From contig JAZQWL010000033.1 of NCBI GenBank assembly GCA_045632305.1, positions 194-64,193 on the forward strand: DNA of 64,000 nucleotides, in the 5' to 3' direction. Each line of letters opens with the position of its first letter. The stretch's first letter is position 1. The notes under the pieces are model-generated. The model was given only the letters and a program-made list of their open reading frames with translations. It did not search any database and had not been told where the DNA came from. A program made the position numbers and the translations under genes. The stretch comes from Eubacteriales bacterium. GTDB taxonomy: Bacteria > Bacillota > Clostridia > Oscillospirales > CAG-272. Below, piece by piece: positions 48,397-56,311 of the stretch.

Positions 48397-49931
48397 TGGA
48401 AATTGTCCTCTCCTTTCACCGCCGAGGATCTGTTATAAACGATAAGACTGAATACGGCGGAAATTACGAACACGAGAATACCGATAACCGAAGCAAGCTT
48501 GTAGTTTCTGTCTGTTCCGAGTGACAGCTTATAGAGCCATGTAATAAGAAGGTCAGTTCCCTTCGCGCCGTCTGTGTACAGCATAATATCACCGGGTCCG
48601 CCGCCGCTGAGAAGATAAATAACGTTGAAGTTGTTGATGTTGCCGATAAACTGTGTAATAAGGTACGGTCCCGTAACGAAAAGCATATACGGAAGAGTAA
48701 TCTTAAAGAAACGGCGCGCAGGAGAAGCTCCGTCGATGCGGGCAGATTCGTAAAGATCGTTAGGAATATTCATAAGAATACCCGAGCACATAAGCATACT
48801 GTAGGGTACGCCTATCCACATATTAACGAGTACGATGCAAATACGCGTCGTGTTGATGTCAATACCAAATTTCAGGTGGAAGTCAAATAATTTCTCAATT
48901 AACTGAGTAATGATACCACCACCCGAGCCAAGAATACCGCCACCTGTGTCAAGCATCTTGGACATGATGAGAAGTGAAACAAACTGCGGAACCGCTATCG
49001 TCGCCACGAAGAGAGTTCTGTAAAGCTTTTTGAGCTTGATTCCCTTTCTGTTGATAAGCATAGCGAGAAGCATACCGAAAATGTAGCTTGTAAACGTAGC
49101 GAGAACCGCCCAAAGAAGCGTCCAGCCAAGCACTCGCCAGAAGGTCGCGCCAAGCTTGGAGTCACTCGCGAAAAGGTCCTTGAAGTTATTGAATCCTACC
49201 CATTGGAACAGATGCTGCGGCACCTCGTGCGCGGCGTCATAGTTCGTAAATGCAATGAGTATCATCGTTACAAGCGGAATGACCGTAAACATAAACAGAC
49301 CGATCATAGGAAGAGAGAGCAACGTGATATGGAACTTACTGTCAAGCAAGCTGTTAACGTCACCGCGGAAATTCTTCGGCTTCTTGCCGATGATCTTGCA
49401 CTGTTCAAGCTCGTAGCTTTCCTTCGTCGCACTTATATAGCAAATGATGAAGAAAAGAACCACGAACACGGTAAGTATACCGTAAAGGAGGATCAAAAAA
49501 GAGTTATCGCCGATCATTTTATCGTAAACGCCCTCTTCCTCGTTCCAGAAATCATAGGTTTCAACGCGGCCTATATTACCGCCGCGGAAGAAGTTTTCAA
49601 AGCAGTAGATAAGATAAAATCTACCGAAGAAAAACATATAGAAAACAAATAACGCTTCGAGTCCCAGATAAACAATACCTCTTATTATCTGTCCTCTGAA
49701 AAGATGGCTCAAGCCAATAAAGAAATGCGAAGTTTTTGTAAGCGCATTGCCGTGATAAAATCTCAGACCAAATTCCTTGAAACCACGCCCGATGCCTACG
49801 AAGAATCCAATTATCGCGCGAAAAATTCCTACAAAGAATCCTGCTATTCCCTTTCCTATATTCTTGAAGAATCCGGACAATTTATAGAAGAATCTTTTCG
49901 TTGGAGTCATCTGATAATATTCTAAATCCAT
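48393..49931 (-). CDS. Maltodextrin/sugar ABC transporter permease (MalF-like, long N-terminal region)
   Basis: 512 aa with multiple TM segments and the EAA loop YESARIDGASPARRFFKITLP. Confidence 0.85.
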   Translation of the reverse strand: MDLEYYQMTPTKRFFYKLSGFFKNIGKGIAGFFVGIFRAIIGFFVGIGRGFKEFGLRFYHGNALTKTSHFFIGLSHLFRGQIIRGIVYLGLEALFVFYMFFFGRFYLIYCFENFFRGGNIGRVETYDFWNEEEGVYDKMIGDNSFLILLYGILTVFVVLFFIICYISATKESYELEQCKIIGKKPKNFRGDVNSLLDSKFHITLLSLPMIGLFMFTVIPLVTMILIAFTNYDAAHEVPQHLFQWVGFNNFKDLFASDSKLGATFWRVLGWTLLWAVLATFTSYIFGMLLAMLINRKGIKLKKLYRTLFVATIAVPQFVSLLIMSKMLDTGGGILGSGGGIITQLIEKLFDFHLKFGIDINTTRICIVLVNMWIGVPYSMLMCSGILMNIPNDLYESARIDGASPARRFFKITLPYMLFVTGPYLITQFIGNINNFNVIYLLSGGGPGDIMLYTDGAKGTDLLITWLYKLSLGTDRNYKLASVIGILVFVISAVFSLIVYNRSSAVKGEDNFQ

Positions 49932-49959
49932 TAATTAACCTCCTTGTCCCTACTAAGAT

Positions 49960-49984
49960 GGGGACTGCTATATGAACAGTCCCC
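49960..49984 (-). other. Intercistronic stem-loop after the binding-protein gene
   Basis: Stem ggggactg/cagtcccc with a 9-nt loop and no U-tract. Its position is typical of mRNA-stabilising hairpins that raise binding-protein expression relative to the permeases. Confidence 0.5.
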
Positions 49985-49995
49985 AAAAGAGATTA

Positions 49996-51369
49996 TTATT
50001 TAGCTATTTGCGCAACCAGAGCATCCAGTAATGCCTGAAGATCTGCGTCGGTATAGTCTAACAGAGTTCCGGCTTCCTTACGCTCGATAAAGGGAGTGAT
50101 AAGAGCTCCCATGGGAGTCCAATAGTTACCGGGAACGCTCTTCTGAGCGCGGCTGAACTTTGCCTGCTCCATAACTGCTGCGATAACGGGATTGTTAGCA
50201 ACTGCCTGGGAAGCCGCAACTGTCTTATTGGAAGGACCAAAGCCACGTGTTTCAAATCTCTTGAGCTGATTCTGCTCGTTTGTAAGCCACTGAGCGAGCT
50301 TGTGAGCTTCTGCCTTATTCTGGCTGTAGCTGTTTACACCGATGAGCTTGCAGCCCATGTATGTTGTAAGCTGCTTCTGTGTGCCGCCGATTTCAACTGT
50401 GGGGAGCTTAGCTACGCCCATGTTGTCGCCGAGAAGATCCTTAACCGCCTTTGCGTTCCATGTACCGGAAACGCCTGCAGCCGCTTCAACCTTACCCTCA
50501 GCTGTGGGTGTGAAGCCCGCGATAAGCTTGGAGTCATCTGTCTGGATAACAAGCGCGGGATGATTTACGTACTTAACAAGCGCCTTCATTACTGCAAGGC
50601 CATTTGCGTTGTTGTAGTTGATGGAAACGCCGGTTTCAACCATGCTTTCGTTGAATGTTACGTTGTATCCGAGCTCGGGATCTGTGAAGAAGAAGCTGGA
50701 AAGATACCAACCGTCGTCGTTAAGCTTGAAATGAACCTTTTTGCCTGCTGCGTGAGCCGCGTCAAGAAGCTTATCAAGTGACGTTACGTCATCAGCATTG
50801 ATAACGGACTTATCGTAGTAAAGGAAAAGTGTGTTATCCTCTGTGCAAGGATAAGCAAACAACTGGTTTTCACCGTTAATTGTAACAGTAGCCGCGTCAA
50901 CGGACGTAGCGGAGTTGTTAGCGATTACGTCCTGCTCTGCCTGACCGCCGATACGCGCGAGAGCGCCGCCTGCGATGAGCTTATTGATCTGGTCACTTGC
51001 AAATGAGAATACGTCGGGACCGCTTGTTACGTCATTGAGTACCTTGTCAGCCGCGTCGCCTTCACCCTGAACGCCAAAGAGGAACTTATATTCCTTATCG
51101 GGATTTGCAGCCGCGTATGCAGCGCACATCTCCTTGAGCATTTCCTGGTCTTCTTCTGCGCCCCAAACAGTAAGAGTAACCTTCTGCTTTTCACCGGGAG
51201 CCGCATTGTTATTGTTGTTATTGTTATTATTGTTGTTATTATTGTTGTTTGTGTTTGTGTTGCCGCCGCTGATACCGCTGATGCCGCTGGGAGCCGCATT
51301 ACAAGAAGCAAGAACAAGACATACAGCAAGGATAGCAACAATTACGGGGAGAAGTCTGAACTTTTTCAT
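49996..51369 (-). CDS. Maltodextrin-type ABC transporter substrate-binding lipoprotein (MalE-like) with a poly-Asn linker
   Basis: 457 aa with a lipobox LVLASC followed by GGNTNT(N)15. The body is typical of family 1 sugar-binding proteins. Confidence 0.85.
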   Translation of the reverse strand: MKKFRLLPVIVAILAVCLVLASCNAAPSGISGISGGNTNTNNNNNNNNNNNNNNNAAPGEKQKVTLTVWGAEEDQEMLKEMCAAYAAANPDKEYKFLFGVQGEGDAADKVLNDVTSGPDVFSFASDQINKLIAGGALARIGGQAEQDVIANNSATSVDAATVTINGENQLFAYPCTEDNTLFLYYDKSVINADDVTSLDKLLDAAHAAGKKVHFKLNDDGWYLSSFFFTDPELGYNVTFNESMVETGVSINYNNANGLAVMKALVKYVNHPALVIQTDDSKLIAGFTPTAEGKVEAAAGVSGTWNAKAVKDLLGDNMGVAKLPTVEIGGTQKQLTTYMGCKLIGVNSYSQNKAEAHKLAQWLTNEQNQLKRFETRGFGPSNKTVAASQAVANNPVIAAVMEQAKFSRAQKSVPGNYWTPMGALITPFIERKEAGTLLDYTDADLQALLDALVAQIAK

Positions 51370-51404
51370 ATATAACTCCTTTAATTGTATTTATTGTTGA
51401 AAAT

Positions 51405-51430
51405 GCGGGGCGGGACTAAGTCCACCCCGC
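51405..51430 (-). other. Stem-loop between the leading lipoprotein gene and the binding-protein gene
   Basis: GC-rich stem gcggggcggg/tccaccccgc (one mismatch, one G-U) followed by a weak U-tract on the minus strand. It may be a partial terminator or processing site. Confidence 0.45.
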
Positions 51431-51455
51431 AAAATATTTGCTTTTTAGCTTTTAA

Positions 51456-53243
51456 TTACTTCTTTGTAGCAGTTACTGCTTCACCGTCAAGAGTAATTGT
51501 GTAAGTACCGATTTCGGGAATGATCACGTTGTCGCCGCCTGCTGCGCCGTACCATGTTACTGTACCGTCAGCTGCTACGTTGATGATCTTGATAGCCGCG
51601 ATCTGTTCTGCGCCGAGCCAGTCTGCGTTGTCCTTAGCTTCCCATGTGTACTCTGTGGAAACTGCGCCGTCAACGGGAGTGATAGCGTTCTGAGATTCAG
51701 CTCTCCATGTGTCACCGTCGCCGATCGTACCAACGAGGAAGTAACCTTCAAGCTTTGTAGCTGTAAGAGAACCGCCTGCTGTGAAGTCAGCGGGATCTGT
51801 GAGTGTGAGAACGAGCTCGTAGAGACCGTAGGAATCAACTGTTACGTTGTCGCCGTTTTCAGCATTGCCGTACCAGATGTCTGCATCCCAACCTGCAAAG
51901 CCGTAAACTGCCTTACATGCGCCTACAAAGCCAGTCATCCAGGAAGCGTCTGTGTCTGCTTCTGTGAATGTGTAATATGCTCTGTATGTTGTGTCGTTAA
52001 CCTTTTCGAATTCGATGCCGGAGCCACAGTTCCAGAACTGACCGCCGTTAACTACACCTGCGAGCCAGAAGGACTTAGCAACTGCTTCGATAGTAGCTGT
52101 GTTGCTTGTTGCGTTGAACGCGATCTTGTAAACGCCTGCCTCGAGAGCGAGGTTACCGCCGTCGTTCCATGTACCGCACTCGTTAATTACTGTGATAGCT
52201 TCCTGACCGAACCAAGCGTCGCTTACCTTATTGTAAAGCTTGATTTCAACGGGCTCGGAAATGTTGAGAAGGAAGGAGAAGTTTTCCTTTGTATCATCGG
52301 GAGTCATCTTGAAGTCTTCGCTGATTGCCCATTCTTCTACCATGGAGCCGCGAATATACATTTCATGTGTTGCCTGAAGGGGTTCCTTCTTTTCAACAAG
52401 CTCGTATGTGATTGTATTGTCAGCGGGATGATCGGGATATGTTGTGTAGATGATCTTATAGATACCGTCCTGACCTTCAGCCAAGAAGATATTCCATGTC
52501 CAATATTCCTTATTGAACTCGTCGTGACCTTCGAATACAACTGTACCGTCTGCGCCCTTAACTGTTGCAAACTTCTTGTCAGCTGCTGTGTATGTATTGC
52601 TGTCGTATCTGTTTACACCGTCTGCGTATTCAACGCCAGGAACGTAACCGATACCAACCTGACCGTCGTATGTGCCGCCGTAGCAGATCTGGAATGCGTC
52701 TCCTGCATACATGAGAATTTCGATCTCGTATACGTTAGCGGAAGCGTTATCTGTCTTTGTCATCATGAGGTGCTGGATGGAGTTATCATGGTTCCAACCA
52801 CTCTGCTTCATGTCACCGGAGCCGGTACCGATGAGGTAGTATTCCTTTTCGTCAGCTACGAATACGTTGCTTGTGAACTTAGCGAAGATATAAGTTTCTT
52901 CATTGATGGGTGCGTCGAAGTTAAACGCCTGTGTAAGGGATGCTTCTGCAAACCAACCTGTGAAGTCCTTGCCTTCAACTGCGTCGGGAGTCCAGGATGT
53001 AACCTTGCTTCCCTTTTCGATCTTTTCTTCCTTAAGGAGCTTACTGCCCTGATACCAATAAACTGTTACTTTGTTAGCATCGTCTTCCGAAGGTGCCTGT
53101 GTAGGATCTTCTGCAGGAGCTTCTGTGGGAGCTTCTGTTGTGGGTGTTTCTGCGGGCTTTTCATCCTTGTTACATGCAACGAAGCAAGAAACTGAAAGCA
53201 CGAGAATCATAATAATTGAAATAATGGATAAGAGTCTCTTCAT
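51456..53243 (-). CDS. Uncharacterised multi-module surface lipoprotein, candidate alpha-glucan-binding protein
   Basis: 595 aa with a lipobox SVSCFVAC, a PT/E-rich linker and a Listeria-Bacteroides-repeat-like segment (FTGWFAEASLTQAFNFDAPINEETYIFAKF). Four Trp/aromatic-rich beta modules follow, each opening with Y/F-hydrophobic-x-G. It is the first gene of the maltodextrin operon. Confidence 0.5.
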   Translation of the reverse strand: MKRLLSIISIIMILVLSVSCFVACNKDEKPAETPTTEAPTEAPAEDPTQAPSEDDANKVTVYWYQGSKLLKEEKIEKGSKVTSWTPDAVEGKDFTGWFAEASLTQAFNFDAPINEETYIFAKFTSNVFVADEKEYYLIGTGSGDMKQSGWNHDNSIQHLMMTKTDNASANVYEIEILMYAGDAFQICYGGTYDGQVGIGYVPGVEYADGVNRYDSNTYTAADKKFATVKGADGTVVFEGHDEFNKEYWTWNIFLAEGQDGIYKIIYTTYPDHPADNTITYELVEKKEPLQATHEMYIRGSMVEEWAISEDFKMTPDDTKENFSFLLNISEPVEIKLYNKVSDAWFGQEAITVINECGTWNDGGNLALEAGVYKIAFNATSNTATIEAVAKSFWLAGVVNGGQFWNCGSGIEFEKVNDTTYRAYYTFTEADTDASWMTGFVGACKAVYGFAGWDADIWYGNAENGDNVTVDSYGLYELVLTLTDPADFTAGGSLTATKLEGYFLVGTIGDGDTWRAESQNAITPVDGAVSTEYTWEAKDNADWLGAEQIAAIKIINVAADGTVTWYGAAGGDNVIIPEIGTYTITLDGEAVTATKK

Positions 53244-53311
53244 AGTCTTTCTCCTTTTTAAAAAATTTTATTGTGTTAGGTCTCCCTTTTGGAGGCCGCT
53301 CTAACAATTAT

Positions 53312-53340
53312 ATTATACAACTTGCACACAAAAATGTCAA
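53312..53340 (-). promoter_or_regulatory. SigA-type promoter of the maltodextrin operon
   Basis: Minus strand reads TTGACA, 17 nt, TATAAT, 68 nt upstream of the lipoprotein ATG. Confidence 0.6.
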
Positions 53341-53479
53341 GTATCTGTATAATTTTTTACCTTATGCACAAATACCGCAGTTTTATTTGTGTATTATGCG
53401 CAATTTTTTAAGAAAATTTTCGAAATTTTTCGAAATTCTCCGTTATTTTGAGGTTTAAAACGCGTTTTTTGTCGAATTT

Positions 53480-55003
53480 TTATCTGTTCGTTTTAACAGC
53501 CAACGACGAAAGCTTATTTGCCAGAGCATCGTCCATTCGATCAGCCGAGCAGCGCCAGCTCCAGTTTTTGGTACTAAGCGTTCCCGGAGAATTCATACGG
53601 GATTCCGCGCCCGTGCCGAGAATATCCTGCATGGGAAGAATAACGTATCTCGCGGGGCTCGCGTAAGCCATCTTTATAACCGCCTCTCTCGCTCTGTGCA
53701 TAGTTGCCTTGGCATTCACCTGCTCCGAAGAATATCTGAATCCGATACGGAACTTTTTACACTCGAGAGCAACGTCGCGGTAGAACACGTCTCTCTGCGC
53801 CTCTTCCATTCCCTCAAGGAATTCAATAAAGGTAAGATTATCGTGCGTACCCGTGTAGACCACACTGTTCTCGCCGCAATTTGAGGGCTTGAACTCATGA
53901 TCGGGATTGCCGTCAAATGCAAATTCAAGGATCTTCATACCGGGATAGCCGACGTTGCGCATAAGACGGTAAACACCGTCGTCAAGCACACCGAGATCCT
54001 CGGCAATTATATTCCAATCCTTTTTATCCTCAAAAAGAGCTTCCTTCGGGCCGTCGAGCCATCTGCCGACCCTCGCATTCGTGCTACCTGCGGGAATCGC
54101 ATAAAAGCGATCGAATCCTCTGAAGTGATCTATACGTACGATATCGTACATGGAAAGCGCTTTTCTGAGTCTGCGCGTCCACCACGAATAGCCGTCATTT
54201 TTCATTCTTTCCCAATCGTACAAAGGATTTCCCCAAAGCTGACCGTCCTCACTGAAGTAATCGGGCGGCACGCCCGCCACCTCGGTCGGAACGCCGTCGC
54301 CGTTGAGCAAGAACAGCTCGGGATGAGCCCATACCTCGGCGCTGTCCTCGGAAACGTAGAGGGGCATATCACCCATGATCTGCACTCCCATGGAGTTTGC
54401 ATATTCCTTCAGCTCATTCCACTGACGGAAAAATTCATACTGGGTAAATTGCCAGAACAGTATCTCTTCCTCGTTTTTCTCAATGAACTCGTCAAGCGCG
54501 CGACCGTCACGCGTGCGGTATTTTTCCTCCCACTGAGAGAGCGCAACCCAGCCGTGTGTTTCTTTGAGCGCCATAAACACGGCAAAATCAAAATACTCAC
54601 CGTTTATAAGAAACTTGGCAAACTCGAAATCGTTGCGGTCAAATCGCGAAAACGCAAGCTTCAGCAGCGGTATGCGGCGATAAAACAACGATTCGTAATT
54701 GACTCTTTCGGGCTCCCACGGAGAGACGCAGGAATATTCCTCCGCCTCCGCCTCTGTGAGAAGTCCCTTCTCAATCAAAATATCAATATCGATCAGATAC
54801 GGGCTTCCCGCGATCGCGCAGGACGAAGAATAGGGAGAGTCTCCGTAACCCGTGGGAACAAGAGGTAGCACCTGCCAAATTTTCTGTCGTGACCTTGCAA
54901 GGAAATCAACGAAATCGCGGGCGCTCTTTCCCATAGTACCGACTCCGTACGGCGAAGATAGCGCCGTGATCGGTAACAAAATTCCCGCATAACGCTCTTT
55001 CAT
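53480..55003 (-). CDS. malQ: 4-alpha-glucanotransferase (amylomaltase, GH77)
   Basis: The ATG at 55003 follows AAGGGGGA and gives MKERYAGILLPITALSSPYGVGTMG. GH77 landmarks are QVLPLVPTGYGDSPYSS, VRIDHFRGF and IAEDLG. Confidence 0.92.
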   Translation of the reverse strand: MKERYAGILLPITALSSPYGVGTMGKSARDFVDFLARSRQKIWQVLPLVPTGYGDSPYSSSCAIAGSPYLIDIDILIEKGLLTEAEAEEYSCVSPWEPERVNYESLFYRRIPLLKLAFSRFDRNDFEFAKFLINGEYFDFAVFMALKETHGWVALSQWEEKYRTRDGRALDEFIEKNEEEILFWQFTQYEFFRQWNELKEYANSMGVQIMGDMPLYVSEDSAEVWAHPELFLLNGDGVPTEVAGVPPDYFSEDGQLWGNPLYDWERMKNDGYSWWTRRLRKALSMYDIVRIDHFRGFDRFYAIPAGSTNARVGRWLDGPKEALFEDKKDWNIIAEDLGVLDDGVYRLMRNVGYPGMKILEFAFDGNPDHEFKPSNCGENSVVYTGTHDNLTFIEFLEGMEEAQRDVFYRDVALECKKFRIGFRYSSEQVNAKATMHRAREAVIKMAYASPARYVILPMQDILGTGAESRMNSPGTLSTKNWSWRCSADRMDDALANKLSSLAVKTNR

Positions 55004-55067
55004 TATTAATATTCCCCCTTCATTGCATTTTATATTTCGAAAGTTTTCGATTATATCTTTCACTTTT

Positions 55068-55096
55068 ATTCTATCATGTTTTTTCATCCGTGTCAA
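55068..55096 (-). promoter_or_regulatory. Putative promoter of malQ
   Basis: Minus strand reads TTGACA, 17 nt, TAGAAT. The inverted repeat TCGAAA-N2-TTTCGA (55037-55050) lies in the transcribed leader. Confidence 0.45.
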
Positions 55097-55190
55097 GTAA
55101 AAAGTGGATTTCATTATATATTTTTTATAAAAAAATAATTGCAAAACGCAAAAAGTTGCTCATTTTTCACAATTTTTTTTTGAAAAGTCA

Positions 55191-55219
55191 TTGAAAAATT
55201 CTTTAAGCTATGATATAAT
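55191..55219 (+). promoter_or_regulatory. SigA-type promoter of the LacI-family regulator and pullulanase genes
   Basis: TTGAAA (55191-55196), 17-nt spacer, TGaTATAAT (55211-55219). Confidence 0.55.
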
Positions 55220-55303
55220 CAGTATAGAAACACTCAAAAGACAGAATAAATATTCTAAAATCACTGAAAGTGTTTCGAAAATAACTCAAAGAAAGAAAAG
55301 AAA

Positions 55304-56281
55304 ATGACCATCAAAGAAATCGCTTCCGCGCTCGGGCTCTCCCCAAGCACAGTTTCAAAGGCGCTCAATAACGCCTCCGATATCAGCGCAGAGACACGCG
55401 TGCGTGTAAACAATTACGCAAAATCCATCGGCTTCTCCCTGCACCGCCCCCAGGAATCCAAGCGCATCTGCGTTCTCTTCGAGAATATGGATTCTCAGGA
55501 TAATTCACAGGTCGGCTATCCCGTGCTTACGGGCTTTCAGCAAGCGGCGAACGCCTATCGCTACGAGGTAGTTATCGAGCATTGCTCCGACAAAAATCCT
55601 CCCCATCTCAAAAAGCTCTGTCAGGAAAACAATTACTGCGGACTTATGATCCTCGGCACCAAACTCAACAGCCCGATCATAAAAGAGCTTGAATCCACGA
55701 GCATTCCCACAATGCTTATGGACTCGTACATCACAAACCCCAAGGTCGCATGCATCAGCAGTGACAATATCAACTCCATTGCCGATATCGTAAAGCATCT
55801 CATATCGCTCGGACACAGAAAGATCGGCTTCCTTGGAGGTGACAAGGAGTCAATTGTTACAAGAGAGAGATTTTCGGGATACCTTATCGGTCTTCTTGAA
55901 GGCGACATAGAATTTAACAGCAATTACGTGCGTTACGGAAATTACACGGAATCCTGCGGACTTGACGCCGCCGATCATTTTGCGGATCTCGGAGTTACCG
56001 CCATCGTTTGCGCCTCCGACCTTATCGCCATCGGTCTTATAAACGGTCTTAAAAAGCGTGGGCTCTCCGTTCCCGAGGACATCTCGGTAAGCGGCTTTGA
56101 CAATCTCGATATCGCAAGATATTTCACCCCTGCGTTAACTACCGTAAAGCAGGATTTCACAACGCTCGGTGAAAACGCGTTCACCCTTCTCCGTCAGGCG
56201 ATCAAGGGCAACAAAACCAAGCGCGTAACCATTCACACGGAGCCCATATTCCGTGATTCAACAGGCCCTGTAAAAAAATAA
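55304..56281 (+). CDS. LacI-family transcriptional regulator (MalR-like)
   Basis: 325 aa with the N-terminal HTH MTIKEIASALGLSPSTVSKALNN and a periplasmic-binding-protein-fold sugar-sensing domain. It sits inside the starch locus. Confidence 0.85.
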   Translation: MTIKEIASALGLSPSTVSKALNNASDISAETRVRVNNYAKSIGFSLHRPQESKRICVLFENMDSQDNSQVGYPVLTGFQQAANAYRYEVVIEHCSDKNPPHLKKLCQENNYCGLMILGTKLNSPIIKELESTSIPTMLMDSYITNPKVACISSDNINSIADIVKHLISLGHRKIGFLGGDKESIVTRERFSGYLIGLLEGDIEFNSNYVRYGNYTESCGLDAADHFADLGVTAIVCASDLIAIGLINGLKKRGLSVPEDISVSGFDNLDIARYFTPALTTVKQDFTTLGENAFTLLRQAIKGNKTKRVTIHTEPIFRDSTGPVKK

Positions 56282-56311
56282 ATACATAAATAAGAAAGTG
56301 CGAGGTACATT

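Noticed and set aside
51205-51261. Poly-Asn tract as a phase-variation (contingency) switch.
   Set aside because: Codons alternate irregularly between AAT and AAC, so there is no perfect repeat. Any slippage by whole codons would also stay in frame, so an on/off switch is not supported.
53366-53391. Inverted repeat CACAAATA-N9-TATTTGTG downstream of malQ as a terminator or operator.
   Set aside because: The stem is AT-rich and weak, with no adjacent U-tract in the malQ orientation. It is not repeated elsewhere in the locus.
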